In this document: positions 20,026 to 31,755 of the stretch, piece by piece
Position numbering within the stretch: position 1 is the first letter of the stretch
Layout of the letters: every line of letters begins with the position of its first letter
Sequence record: MT150133.1
Length of the DNA: 64,000 nt
Origin: Enterobacteria phage vB_EcoM_IME540
Direction: 5' to 3' (one strand)
The notes under the pieces: model-generated
Databases searched by the model: none
Seen by the model: only the letters and a program-made list of their open reading frames with translations
Told to the model about the DNA's origin: nothing
Position numbers and translations under genes: made by a program

Positions 20026-20250
20026 TCAGTCCTTAGGTTTACAGGTACACGCTATACGCATACCTCTAAGGGTTTCAAGATGTTCTCTTTTAATTTCGCC
20101 CGATTTTATTTTAGCAATAAAGTATTCTTTAAAGTTCTTGATGTTTTCCTCGCGGGTTCCATCTTTAAATGGATTACCCCACATAGTTCCACGTTGGATA
20201 TTGACATCAAAGTCTTCTTTATACTTGTTAACAACTCTGCAAACTCTCAT
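20026..20250 (-). CDS. hypothetical protein (GNPF...CxC motif)
   Basis: ORF track 20026..20376 trimmed to internal ATG to avoid 65-nt overlap with td. Confidence 0.4.
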   Translation of the reverse strand: MRVCRVVNKYKEDFDVNIQRGTMWGNPFKDGTREENIKNFKEYFIAKIKSGEIKREHLETLRGMRIACTCKPKD

Positions 20251-20311
20251 TATAGCACCAAATTCAGCCCAACCATAATAACCAAAAACAGAGTACAGAT
20301 TATTTGAATTT

Positions 20312-21997
<1,686 letters not shown>

Positions 21998-22017
21998 TTT
22001 ATTCTCCTTAGTTGATA

Positions 22018-22055
22018 AGGCTATAGTATCACTACCATAGCCTGGTGTAAACTTA
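22018..22055 (-). promoter_or_regulatory. early promoter
   Basis: GTTTAC, 18 bp, TG-extended TACTAT; -10 embedded in palindrome GGCTATAG..CATAGCC. Confidence 0.55.
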
Positions 22056-22298
22056 TTTTTGAATTAAGCCCATATAAAATTTAGCGTCTTCCGGGTGCAT
22101 ACCGTCACAATACTCGTCAGCCATAAAGCGGGTAAGGTCTTCAAGAGGACCTTGGACTTCAATTTGCATACTACAGAATTGAGTATCTTTAATATGGGTC
22201 ATAACTAAAGAAGGATAACGATTACGGATAACTTCGTAAGTGTATTCAAAATCAACGATATCAATATTAACCTTAGCCATTTTATTTTCCTCACTCAT
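22053..22298 (-). CDS. hypothetical protein
   Basis: ORF track; own early promoter. Confidence 0.45.
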   Translation of the reverse strand: MSEENKMAKVNIDIVDFEYTYEVIRNRYPSLVMTHIKDTQFCSMQIEVQGPLEDLTRFMADEYCDGMHPEDAKFYMGLIQK

Positions 22299-22307
22299 TA
22301 GTTGATA

Positions 22308-22344
22308 GGTCTATAGTATCATGTTTAAAGGCGTTGTAAACATT
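22308..22344 (-). promoter_or_regulatory. early promoter
   Basis: GTTTAC, 17 bp, TG-extended TACTAT; ~45-bp cassette nearly identical to 23020..23056. Confidence 0.6.
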
Positions 22345-22604
22345 TATTTTTGAATTTTATCAAGCCATTTACCAAGTTTAATCATTTCTTTGGTAGCTTT
22401 TTCCATACTTCTAAATTTAACCAGTAAAGGTTGGGCATCAACACCCATAACTAAGGTGGTTACAAGACTATGTTCACCTACAAGCCATAATGAATAAGTT
22501 TGGATATCGAGCCCGTAATTTCGGTCTTTATGAACTCGTACACCCATCACTTCAAATTTCTCACTGGCTTTTTCTACTGCATCCAGGAAATCATCTTTAG
22601 TCAT
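22344..22604 (-). CDS. hypothetical protein
   Basis: ORF track trimmed to ATG at 22604, immediately after upstream stop. Confidence 0.4.
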   Translation of the reverse strand: MTKDDFLDAVEKASEKFEVMGVRVHKDRNYGLDIQTYSLWLVGEHSLVTTLVMGVDAQPLLVKFRSMEKATKEMIKLGKWLDKIQK

Positions 22605-22605
22605 A

Positions 22606-22995
22606 TTAGGCCTTAAAAGTTTTTTGCAAAAGTTCAATGATTTGGTCAACGTTCTGTTCGGTGACAATGCAATGGATTTGAGTCACACCGGCCTTAGCAA
22701 TAGGCTCATCGATTTCTTTATCTTCCACAACATATTCACGGAAGCAATAGAACTCGTCTTCATGCAACTCAAAATAATTTGGCACCAACCCAACTTCATT
22801 ATAAATCTCGCCGTTAGCGCATTCGATTTCAGTCACAAATTTGTCGCCATCCATAGTCACCATATCCTTTACTTCAAACCAACCGCCGTTGTCTTGGATA
22901 AGGCCGACCATGCTTTTATTATTTTCATATTCGTCCATTTCAATAAAGTCTTTAATGCATTCAGGACGAAGTTCATAAGTTTTACCGATTTCCAT
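22606..22995 (-). CDS. hypothetical protein
   Basis: ORF track; own early promoter. Confidence 0.45.
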   Translation of the reverse strand: MEIGKTYELRPECIKDFIEMDEYENNKSMVGLIQDNGGWFEVKDMVTMDGDKFVTEIECANGEIYNEVGLVPNYFELHEDEFYCFREYVVEDKEIDEPIAKAGVTQIHCIVTEQNVDQIIELLQKTFKA

Positions 22996-23019
22996 TTTTA
23001 TTTCCTCATGTAGTTGATA

Positions 23020-23056
23020 GGTCTATAGTATCATGTTTAAAGGCGTTGTAAACCAT
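23020..23056 (-). promoter_or_regulatory. early promoter
   Basis: GTTTAC, 17 bp, TG-extended TACTAT; repeat of the 22308 cassette. Confidence 0.6.
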
Positions 23057-23105
23057 TAAATGCCAAAAAGGGAAGACCGAAGTCTTCCCATTATAAATCA
23101 ATAAC

Positions 23106-24011
23106 TTATAGACCAGCTAACAGGTCGTCCAGACCATCGTCATCAGAAGGACTTACTGACGGCTCAGGAGTAGTGGAACGAGTCGGTGTAGATGGTTTAG
23201 AATCATATGCATCAAGGTCTGCACTGAATGCGTCCAGGTCATCACCAATCTTATCAGCGGCTGCAGAAGCTTTAGCGGCAGCACCACCAAGAGCAGCTGT
23301 ACCAACAACTTTCTTAAACTTGGCTTCGTTAGTTTCGAATGATTTGAAATCGAGCAGTTTAGAAAGGTCGTGCATTTCTTCCATCAATTTAGCTTGGTAA
23401 GCTTCATCATTGATGTTAGGAATTTCAGACTGACCCATGAATTTGGAATCGTCGTAGTTCTTGAAGTCGCCAACTTTCTTAGATTTCAGTACGAAGTTCG
23501 CACCATCAAACGGACATGTTACGTCAACCGGCACTTCACCAATATCAGTATCAACTTCAACCATCTGGTTGATTTTATCCATAATTTTCTGACCGAAACG
23601 GAATTTAAACACTTTACCTTCGTTAGCAGGTACTGCACTATCCTTAATAACAAGGATGTTAGCCCAGAAGGAAGTTTTACGTTTCATCAGTTTGTATTCG
23701 GCATTATTAGTATTAAAGGTATCATTCTGGTTCATGTATTTACATACAGGACATGAATCGAAATCACCATGAGTAGACGTACATGATTCGATATACCACT
23801 GACCATTTTTCTTAAAACCATGGTTAACAAGCTTAACGAATGGGGATGGATTAGCTTCGTTTTTCGAAGGAAGGAATCGAATAACTGCGGTTCCTACGCC
23901 ATTGTCATCTTTCAATTTCCATTCGGATTTGTCATCAGACGAGAAAGAAGAGCCACCTTTCATTGCAGACAGTTGAGCAGCAAGTTCAGCAGGATTACGG
24001 CGTTTAAACAT
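23106..24011 (-). CDS. 32: single-stranded DNA-binding protein
   Basis: Near-colinear with T4 gp32 (MFKRR...AVIRFLPSK...acidic C-terminus); start at MFKRR. Confidence 0.92.
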   Translation of the reverse strand: MFKRRNPAELAAQLSAMKGGSSFSSDDKSEWKLKDDNGVGTAVIRFLPSKNEANPSPFVKLVNHGFKKNGQWYIESCTSTHGDFDSCPVCKYMNQNDTFNTNNAEYKLMKRKTSFWANILVIKDSAVPANEGKVFKFRFGQKIMDKINQMVEVDTDIGEVPVDVTCPFDGANFVLKSKKVGDFKNYDDSKFMGQSEIPNINDEAYQAKLMEEMHDLSKLLDFKSFETNEAKFKKVVGTAALGGAAAKASAAADKIGDDLDAFSADLDAYDSKPSTPTRSTTPEPSVSPSDDDGLDDLLAGL

Positions 24012-24060
24012 AGACATATTATTTACCTTATTTGATATATTTAATAAATTTATTAACAGT
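24012..24060 (-). promoter_or_regulatory. gene 32 5' leader, candidate autoregulatory translational operator
   Basis: A/U-rich unstructured leader (TTAATAAATTTATTAAATATATCAAATAAGGTAAATAAT before ATG) like the T4 gene 32 operator. Confidence 0.4.
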
Positions 24061-24115
24061 TGTTGTTATCACGTTTACCTTGATAACTAGGTTTTGAAGA
24101 TGAAGTAATTATATA

Positions 24116-24733
24116 TCACTTCGAATAAAGCATTTTTAACTTAATGAATTCAGGGTCATCATTAGGAACCCAACCCTCATTAAATTGTTTAATCATACTC
24201 TTTGATGTAGTTTCACTAACATTTATACCAGAGTTAATGAGACGCCTCCATCCACAAGCTCTTCCACTAGAATTAATTATACAATAATTAGTATAAGCAA
24301 TATCACTAAGCATCCAATCTAAAGGGTTTGCTCTAGAAGTTTTCCAAGGACGGTAATCGGGTTGATTCATATAGTTAGCAGCTTTCATATGGGCTCTAAC
24401 TTCAGGACGTTTGGCTGGGTGAGTGCATCCAAAGACTCCAAATCCGCCACCGGCATAAACCAAATTAAAATAATCATCATTATCTCTAGCTTGAACTTCC
24501 AATTGTTCTGAACGTTCAATATTAATAACAATATCAAATGGCGTTATAGCCAAAATTTCAACAATAGGTTTTTCTTCTTCGATGGCCTCTTTAAATCTTG
24601 ATTGCTCGCAAGAGGTCCAATACTCTTTACCTTTACAGTCAATAATCACGCCATTTTCAAAAGTACAATTAGTTTTAGAACCTATGTACGAAAACGGCTT
24701 AATATTATTAGCCTGACGATTAAGCCAAGTCAT
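24116..24733 (-). CDS. unassigned protein between genes 59 and 32
   Basis: ORF track 24116..24760 (track start is TTG); first ATG at 24733; no Shine-Dalgarno seen; no family recognised by eye. Confidence 0.5.
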   Translation of the reverse strand: MTWLNRQANNIKPFSYIGSKTNCTFENGVIIDCKGKEYWTSCEQSRFKEAIEEEKPIVEILAITPFDIVINIERSEQLEVQARDNDDYFNLVYAGGGFGVFGCTHPAKRPEVRAHMKAANYMNQPDYRPWKTSRANPLDWMLSDIAYTNYCIINSSGRACGWRRLINSGINVSETTSKSMIKQFNEGWVPNDDPEFIKLKMLYSK

Positions 24734-24747
24734 TTTATAAACTATAT

Positions 24748-25401
24748 TCAAAATTTGCAACCCTTAATTGTTTCGATGAACAATTTACGAGCTTCTAAAT
24801 TATCAATTATAAGAATTTTCTTATAAGCATTTAATTTAGTCGAATACTTAGACCACACTAAATCGTTGGTCTGTTCATCATGTTTATCAATTATATCCAT
24901 AAATGAATCAAGCAAAATAAACGTTTCGAATGAAATAACATTCGATTGAAGGAGCTTAAAAATATAGCTCGAGTTAACTTTTTTATTATAATCAAAAATT
25001 TCAGAAAGCGCTTGAACTTCCACTTTCTTACTAAAATAATAAATGTTTTTGATATCATCCTCAAAAACTTGTTTTATTCTTTTAAGTCTACCGATATATT
25101 CTCGGTAAAAGACTAAGGCGTCAGCATCACTGATGTCGCCAATCCATGCGTCTTGGTTAGCCACCAAGTTACTCATGAAGATAAGAGCAAGCTCTTTCAA
25201 AGTGTATTTATCACTCAATTTCTCAAAGAAATATTTGTCACGACGTTTTTGATAAGCCGTATCAGAGATTCGCATGACCCAGTTATATTTGATAACGTCG
25301 TATTTGGCGTTGAAGTGATGCTTAAGTTGCAAATATAAAGAATACACGCTCTTACCATTCACCATACGATTATTGTTTGGCGGCATACGAATCTTAATCA
25401 T
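24748..25401 (-). CDS. 59: helicase loader / gp59
   Basis: 217 aa, near-colinear with T4 gp59 (MIKIRMP...YDVIKYNW...ANQDAWIGDISDADALVFYREY). Confidence 0.9.
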   Translation of the reverse strand: MIKIRMPPNNNRMVNGKSVYSLYLQLKHHFNAKYDVIKYNWVMRISDTAYQKRRDKYFFEKLSDKYTLKELALIFMSNLVANQDAWIGDISDADALVFYREYIGRLKRIKQVFEDDIKNIYYFSKKVEVQALSEIFDYNKKVNSSYIFKLLQSNVISFETFILLDSFMDIIDKHDEQTNDLVWSKYSTKLNAYKKILIIDNLEARKLFIETIKGCKF

Positions 25402-26080
25402 GATATTTCCATCCAGTCCACTTATCGCTTTTTAATCTGTAACTAACCAAACTATTGGATATTCCGAATTTGGAAGCCACTTCAGAACATGAATCATAAC
25501 ATATTCCATCGATAAGCAATTTCTTTTTGTATAAGTCTTTAAAAGATTGTGGCCTAGGTCCTGTATTTGCCTTAAGAAGAGCAGCTCTTGTACTATCAGG
25601 CATTTTAGGTCCTTTCTTACCTGCTCTGGATTTACTTAGAGCTTTTCGATGTGCATCGGTAAGATTAATACCTTTATTTGGTGAAGGTATATTTCTAAGT
25701 CTTCTTGTTATAGAAACTTTTTTACAAACACTATCAGGTCGTGGAATACCTAATTTAGATTTACTTATAGCAAGTTTATGTTCTTCAGATATTTTCTTAC
25801 CAAGTCCACCTTTACCGCCAACAACCAAATTATAAGTATTCGGGTCTGAAACAAATTCTTCGTTAACGAGTTCTCGCTCTTTATCAAAGGCCTCCTCTTG
25901 GGAATCCATAACAAAGAGAATTTCTTTTTCAAAATTCTCTATACCATGTTTTAATATAGCCTTCTTAATTAACTTACCTGAACCCATATAATGGTCATGG
26001 CGTTTGGTTTCTTTATGCACACCGATATAAATTTTACCATTCAATTTATTGGTTACTTTATATACGGTGTGTTTAATCAT
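25394..26080 (-). CDS. GIY-YIG homing endonuclease (Seg/I-TevI-like)
   Basis: VYKVTN...GKIYIGV GIY-YIG core, NUMOD3-like repeats, C-terminal region resembling the I-TevI DNA-binding domain; ATGA overlap with gene 33 stop. Confidence 0.8.
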   Translation of the reverse strand: MIKHTVYKVTNKLNGKIYIGVHKETKRHDHYMGSGKLIKKAILKHGIENFEKEILFVMDSQEEAFDKERELVNEEFVSDPNTYNLVVGGKGGLGKKISEEHKLAISKSKLGIPRPDSVCKKVSITRRLRNIPSPNKGINLTDAHRKALSKSRAGKKGPKMPDSTRAALLKANTGPRPQSFKDLYKKKLLIDGICYDSCSEVASKFGISNSLVSYRLKSDKWTGWKYHD

Positions 26081-26379
26081 AACAAGAAATCCAGGGTATT
26101 AGTCTTTTGCGTTCGGGCCATTGAAGGTCGAAGCAAGTTATCATCAATGGCTTCGTTCATAATTTTATCAATAATTCCTGCAGGCAAATAACGAGCAAAG
26201 TTACCTTCAGGGATGCTGTTCTCTTCCAACCATGCGGTAGCCGCTTCGAGGTAACTACAACCTTCAGCCTCAACAAAGGCCTCAATATCAAGACCGTTCT
26301 GTTGTTTGTTTACGAGCACATGGACAGGTTCGGAAGCGGTATTAACCGCTCCATCAAAATCATTCAAAGATTGTGTCAT
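26077..26379 (-). CDS. 33: late transcription co-activator gp33
   Basis: 100 aa, resembles T4 gp33 (SYLEAATAWLEENSIPEG...LLRPS...KTNTLDFLL). Confidence 0.85.
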   Translation of the reverse strand: MTQSLNDFDGAVNTASEPVHVLVNKQQNGLDIEAFVEAEGCSYLEAATAWLEENSIPEGNFARYLPAGIIDKIMNEAIDDNLLRPSMARTQKTNTLDFLL

Positions 26380-26629
26380 ACAGTTCTACCACTTCAGTTT
26401 TTTCGTCTTCGAAACGTTCACGAGTGCCTTTATGATACAGGGAGAACAGCTGGTTAAACATTTTACCGTCTACACCAAGTTCAGTCTTAGCACGGTCTTT
26501 GATATCTTTAATTTCGTCGCCATAAGCTTCCATTTTTAATTTAGTATCGGAAGCAGACTTAATCAGTTGTGCCAATGTGTTACCGTGTTCTTCTTGATTG
26601 AATTCAACTTTCACTTTTTCTTTAGCCAT
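26360..26629 (-). CDS. dsbA: DsbA-like double-stranded DNA-binding protein
   Basis: 89 aa from MAKEK; position between 33 and rnh as in T4. Confidence 0.6.
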   Translation of the reverse strand: MAKEKVKVEFNQEEHGNTLAQLIKSASDTKLKMEAYGDEIKDIKDRAKTELGVDGKMFNQLFSLYHKGTRERFEDEKTEVVELYDTIFE

Positions 26630-26639
26630 TATATTCACC

Positions 26640-27587
26640 TTAATAAAAATCAGCTACTGTAGCGGTTAGTTTAGACAAACCAGATTTAACGAAATAAGGA
26701 TAGACTTTAGATTTCGAAGGTTTGTTATACGTATTATATCTTTCAGTAATTAAAGCAACAATATCATCTGGAATAAAGTCCATATCAATTAAGATTTGGT
26801 TTTCACAGAAACGTTCATATTGTTCTTCAGTAAGAAGTGTTTTAATTATATCATGGTCATAATAATTCAGAGCAATCGCTTCAAGTTCCTTGGCACGAGT
26901 GCTAGGAGTACGTTCGCCTTCAACCATTGTCAACCAGTAATCACCACGAACTTTAATACTCGCGACGTTATCTTTACGGTCACCTTTAACAACCTTAGTC
27001 ACGCAATCAAGCAATGCATCACCAGATTTTGTTTTGACGAATTTTTTCTGCATTGGGGACCATTGTTTTACACCAGGGAATTTATGAAGTTGGGTAAAGT
27101 CACCATCAGAAGAACCAATCATAACAGGGTGACCTAAAGCCGTAAGGATACGAGTCAATACAGCAATATGGTCATCAGCCTCGATTGTATCGATATTCAT
27201 AACAATATAAGGCATATTATGTTCCAATTCATCGACAATAATATGCATTGCTGTAAATAGGCCTTCCCAGTCAAATGGTGATTCGTCACGAGCCTTAGCA
27301 CGGTTTTTCTTATAATAAGAAGAATAACGACGACGCCAATAACCTGATTTGGAGTTATCAACACAAATAATTAATTGGTTGTAACCTTGTTTACGGAAGT
27401 CTTTAATGTTTTTCTTAATTGAATTCAACACGAGGTGTCGAAGCATTGCGGTAGTTACTTTAGGAAATCCAGCATTCTCACCAAACTCTTGGAAAGCCGC
27501 AGCCATAATGATTTGGCTGAAATCTAGGAGTAAAAATCCATCTTTTTGTTGGTCTTCTTCAGGAAGTAAAAAATCTAAATCGTTCAT
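26640..27587 (-). CDS. rnh: RNase H (5'-3' exonuclease, FEN family)
   Basis: Near-colinear with T4 RNase H. Confidence 0.88.
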   Translation of the reverse strand: MNDLDFLLPEEDQQKDGFLLLDFSQIIMAAAFQEFGENAGFPKVTTAMLRHLVLNSIKKNIKDFRKQGYNQLIICVDNSKSGYWRRRYSSYYKKNRAKARDESPFDWEGLFTAMHIIVDELEHNMPYIVMNIDTIEADDHIAVLTRILTALGHPVMIGSSDGDFTQLHKFPGVKQWSPMQKKFVKTKSGDALLDCVTKVVKGDRKDNVASIKVRGDYWLTMVEGERTPSTRAKELEAIALNYYDHDIIKTLLTEEQYERFCENQILIDMDFIPDDIVALITERYNTYNKPSKSKVYPYFVKSGLSKLTATVADFY

Positions 27588-27613
27588 ATGAACCTCTGTT
27601 CAAGTAGTTGAGA

Positions 27614-27650
27614 GGTCCATTATATCATGGGTTTTAAGGAAGTAAACATC
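27614..27650 (-). promoter_or_regulatory. early promoter for rnh
   Basis: GTTTAC, 17 bp, TG-extended TATAAT. Confidence 0.6.
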
Positions 27651-27654
27651 TTGC

Positions 27655-27662
27655 TATAAATA
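27655..27662 (+). promoter_or_regulatory. late promoter for gene 34
   Basis: Exact TATAAATA about 33 nt upstream of the gene 34 ATG. Confidence 0.7.
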
Positions 27663-27694
27663 GTTCTATACCCTGAAAACGAAAAGGAAATAAA

Positions 27695-30600
27695 ATGGCC
27701 GATATTTTAAAACCTGCCTTCCGTGCTACATCCGGACTCGATGCTGCAGGCGAGAAAGTTATCAATGTTGCCAAAGCCGATTACAATGTATTAGACGACG
27801 GCGTCAACGTTGAATTCTTTATAGATGAGAACACCATCCAGGCGTACGACGAGACGCGCGGATATAAGAAAGGGTTTGCCGTAATCCATGACCAACGTAT
27901 CTGGGTTGCTCAACGTGATATCAATGCTCCAGCAGGAACCTTTGTACCTGGTTATTGGACTGCTACCCGTACTGACCCTAAATGGATTACCGTAGCATCT
28001 CCTACACGCCAACTGGCTTCTGGTGAATATATTGCAGTGGATTCTGCTGCTAGCTTTACTACATTTACCCTGCCTCCGAACCCTACTGATGGTGATACCA
28101 TCGTAATCAAGGATATTGGTGGCCGTGTAGGTTATAATGAAATTAAGCTCCAGTCTAGTTCTGCTCCAGGTGGTGGTAATCAGAAAATTGTCCGTTTCGG
28201 TAACCAGTTCACTGAGACCTTAATTACGAAGCCTTTTTCCTATAATATGATTATCTTTGCCAACCGTTTATGGCATTTCTGGGAAGCAGCTAATGAAGAA
28301 CGTGGTATTCGTGTAGAACCGAACACCGCCCAGTTCCAATCACAAGCGGGTGATAACGTTTTACGTCGTTATACTTCGGGTGCAGTAATTAAGTTTACTC
28401 TTCCTAAGTATGCGAACCAAGGTGATATTATTAAAACCGTTGATATCGATGGTTTAGGAAGTAAATTCCACTTAATCGTTGAAACATTTGATGCGTCATC
28501 TTCATTAGGTAAGCCTGGCCAGCATAGCATGGAATTCCGTACTTCAGGTGATGGATTCTTTGTTTATAACTCTACCGAAAAATTATGGTATGTTTGGGAC
28601 GGCGACCGACAAACTCGTTTACGTGTAATTCGTGACGATGTTGAACTCTTGGCTAACGAAAGTGTTATTGTTTTTGGTCCTAATAACACGACACCCCAGA
28701 CAATTAATATCACATTACCTACCGGTGTGGCCCAGGGTGATGTCGTTAAGATTGCTCTGAACTATCTCCGTAAAGCTCAGACAGTAAATATTAAGGCTGC
28801 CGTAGGAGATAAGATTGCTTCATCCGTCCAGTTGCTTCAATTCCCTAAACGTTCAGAATATCCACCAGAAACCGAATGGGTATTGAATGACGTACTGACC
28901 TTTAATGGCAATATAAGTTATACTCCGGTTATTGAACTGAGTTATATCGAAGACACCACTACAGGTGGCAAATATTGGGTTGTTGCCCAGAACGTTCCTA
29001 CTATAGAACGTGTGGATTCTAAAGATGATTTAACTCGTGCTCGTTTAGGTGTTATTGCCCTTGCGTCCCAGACTCAAGCAAACGTTGACCATGAAAATAA
29101 TCCTGAAAAAGAACTGGCAATTACTCCGCAGACTTTAGCTAATCGTGTGGCGACTGAATCTCGTCGTGGTATTGCTCGTATTGCTACTACTGCTCAGGTG
29201 AACCAGGACACAACCTTCGCATTCCAGGACGATTTGATTATTTCTCCTAAGAAATTAAACGAACGTACTGCAACCGAAACTCGTCGTGGTGTTGCTGAAA
29301 TTGCTACGCAAGTTGAAACTGATGCTGGTATAGATGATACTACAATCATCACTCCTAAGAAGCTACAAGCGCGCCAGGGTTCGGAAAGTCTTTCAGGTAT
29401 TGTAACATATACCTCTACTGTAGGAACCACTCCTGCGACTGCTAGGGACACCGTAGGTACTAACGTTTATAATAAGAACGTAGGCAATTTGGTTATTTCT
29501 CCTAAAGCTCTTGACCAGTATAAAGCTACCCAAGTTCAACAGGGTACGGTATATCTTTCTAACCAATCTGAAGTTAACGCAGGTCAATCGGCAAGTGGAT
29601 TTGCCAACAGTGCTGTTTCTCCTGAAACATTACATGCTCGTGTGGCTCTTGATACTCGTACAGGGTTAATTGAAATTGCTACGCAAACAGAGACTGATAC
29701 TGGAACAGATTATACTCGTGCGGTAACGCCTAAGACGTTAAATGATAGGAAAGCTACGGAAGGATTGACTGGTATTGCTAGAATTGCAACACAGGTAGAA
29801 TTTGATGCAGGTGTATTAGATAATGTTATTTCAACTCCGTTGAAAATTAAAACAAGATTTAATGATACCGCTAGAACTTCTGTCTCAGCAGCCAGTGGTT
29901 TGGTTGAATCAGGAACCTTATGGAACCATTATACACTAGATATTAGAGAAGCAAATGAGACTCAACGTGGTACTGCTCGCCTGGCGACCCAGACCGAAGT
30001 CAACGTTGGTACTGATGACAAAACCATCATCACTCCTTTGAAATTACACTCTAAAAAATCTACTGAAAGTTCTGAAGGTATTATTCGTGTTGCAACCAAT
30101 ACCGAAACAACCGCAGGAACTTCTAAAGTTTTGGCTGTAAGCCCTTCTGGTTTAAAATATGTAGTACAGACCGAAACTACTTGGGAAGCTACTGCACTTC
30201 GTCGTGGATTTGTTAAATTAACCGAAGGTGCTTTAACCCATTCAGGAAATAAAGTTACTGGTTCTGGTGTTAAATTCAACTCAGGTACAGGCCTTTATGA
30301 GAACGATGATACTGTTCTGAACGCAGCGAACTATCCTAAAACGGGTTATGCGGTTTCATCTTACGAGATGAATAAAACTTTACAGAACTTTTTACCTATA
30401 AATGCTACGGCTGTGAACTCCGAGAAATTGGATGGCCTAGATTCACTCCAGTTCATTCGTAGAGACGTCGATCAAACGGTTAATGGTTCTTTAACCCTGA
30501 CCAAACAATTGAACCTGGCAGCTCCTCTAGTGTCTTCTAGTACTGCTAATATTACCGGCAATACTATTTTAGGTTCTCTGGAAGTAACAGGAAATTCTAC

Positions 30601-31747
30601 TTTTAAAAATGATGTATCTGTTAGCTCAGGTAAATCTATTAAATTTGTAGGACCCCAGTCTGGCGCAGGTTCTTGGGATTCTCAGGCAACTAATTTTGCA
30701 CCTATTTTCTCTGAGATAAATTCTACTGTTGATGCTAGTTATCACCCTATTGTTAAGCAACGATTAGGGCAGGGTACTTTCTCTTTAGGTACTTTAAATG
30801 ACGGTTCCGGCGATTTTAAAATCCATCATATTAGCAGTGCTTCTGGTGCTTTAAAATCTTCCTACTGGACCTTTAATACGACCGGTGATTTTGCTGTTAA
30901 TAGTGGTTCTATTAGTATTTCTAAGAATGCTAATATCACAGGTATAACCACTTCTAACGGTGTTTCTACAACCACACTAAATGCTTCTGCTCTGTCTTCG
31001 TTGCAAAACGTAACTACTTCAGGTACTATCGTTTCCACCGGACAGGTATCGGCAAATAATGGTTTGGTTGCTCAAAAATACGTCCGTTCTGTTGGTGTTA
31101 AACCTACATTAGCATCCCAGGCCCCTACTGCAGAAACAGTTGGCTTCTGGTCTGTTGATATCAATGATTCGGCCACATTTAACCTGTTCCCTGGTTATTG
31201 GACGATGAAAACGAAACGCCAGGTTAATATCGATACGGTCCAAACTAAACCTGCCGGTGTTTCTGATGAGATATGGAATGCTTCTGGTTGGTTGACAGAA
31301 ACAGGTGCATTTAGTTCTCCGGCTATTCGTTATCGTAACGAAGACGGTAGTTTTGGTGACGAAGTTCTCGGTACGTCAGGTCAGAAATTACGTGGTACTT
31401 GGTTTGATTATTCTGTTCGTGATAAGGAAGTTAAATATCCTGGTACGTTAACCCAGTTTGGTAATACATTGGATTCATGTTATCAGGATTGGGTGTGCTA
31501 TCCTACAGGATTGAATGGTGGTACTATTCGTTATACACGTACCTGGCAGAAAAATAAAAACGCATGGACTACGTTCTCTATGGTCTATACGGCAGATAAC
31601 CCTCCTTCTGCGGAAGAGGTTGGTGCATTGCCTGCTGATAACGCTACAATGGGTAACATTACAATCCTTGATTGGTTACGTATTGGTAACGTTCGTATTA
31701 TTCCTGACCCGGTCACTAAATCCGTTAAGTTTGAGTGGATTGAATAA
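27695..31747 (+). CDS. 34: long tail fibre proximal subunit
   Basis: 1350 aa; colinear with T4 gp34 including conserved N- and C-termini. Confidence 0.95.
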   Translation: MADILKPAFRATSGLDAAGEKVINVAKADYNVLDDGVNVEFFIDENTIQAYDETRGYKKGFAVIHDQRIWVAQRDINAPAGTFVPGYWTATRTDPKWITVASPTRQLASGEYIAVDSAASFTTFTLPPNPTDGDTIVIKDIGGRVGYNEIKLQSSSAPGGGNQKIVRFGNQFTETLITKPFSYNMIIFANRLWHFWEAANEERGIRVEPNTAQFQSQAGDNVLRRYTSGAVIKFTLPKYANQGDIIKTVDIDGLGSKFHLIVETFDASSSLGKPGQHSMEFRTSGDGFFVYNSTEKLWYVWDGDRQTRLRVIRDDVELLANESVIVFGPNNTTPQTINITLPTGVAQGDVVKIALNYLRKAQTVNIKAAVGDKIASSVQLLQFPKRSEYPPETEWVLNDVLTFNGNISYTPVIELSYIEDTTTGGKYWVVAQNVPTIERVDSKDDLTRARLGVIALASQTQANVDHENNPEKELAITPQTLANRVATESRRGIARIATTAQVNQDTTFAFQDDLIISPKKLNERTATETRRGVAEIATQVETDAGIDDTTIITPKKLQARQGSESLSGIVTYTSTVGTTPATARDTVGTNVYNKNVGNLVISPKALDQYKATQVQQGTVYLSNQSEVNAGQSASGFANSAVSPETLHARVALDTRTGLIEIATQTETDTGTDYTRAVTPKTLNDRKATEGLTGIARIATQVEFDAGVLDNVISTPLKIKTRFNDTARTSVSAASGLVESGTLWNHYTLDIREANETQRGTARLATQTEVNVGTDDKTIITPLKLHSKKSTESSEGIIRVATNTETTAGTSKVLAVSPSGLKYVVQTETTWEATALRRGFVKLTEGALTHSGNKVTGSGVKFNSGTGLYENDDTVLNAANYPKTGYAVSSYEMNKTLQNFLPINATAVNSEKLDGLDSLQFIRRDVDQTVNGSLTLTKQLNLAAPLVSSSTANITGNTILGSLEVTGNSTFKNDVSVSSGKSIKFVGPQSGAGSWDSQATNFAPIFSEINSTVDASYHPIVKQRLGQGTFSLGTLNDGSGDFKIHHISSASGALKSSYWTFNTTGDFAVNSGSISISKNANITGITTSNGVSTTTLNASALSSLQNVTTSGTIVSTGQVSANNGLVAQKYVRSVGVKPTLASQAPTAETVGFWSVDINDSATFNLFPGYWTMKTKRQVNIDTVQTKPAGVSDEIWNASGWLTETGAFSSPAIRYRNEDGSFGDEVLGTSGQKLRGTWFDYSVRDKEVKYPGTLTQFGNTLDSCYQDWVCYPTGLNGGTIRYTRTWQKNKNAWTTFSMVYTADNPPSAEEVGALPADNATMGNITILDWLRIGNVRIIPDPVTKSVKFEWIE

Positions 31748-31755
31748 GAGGTATT

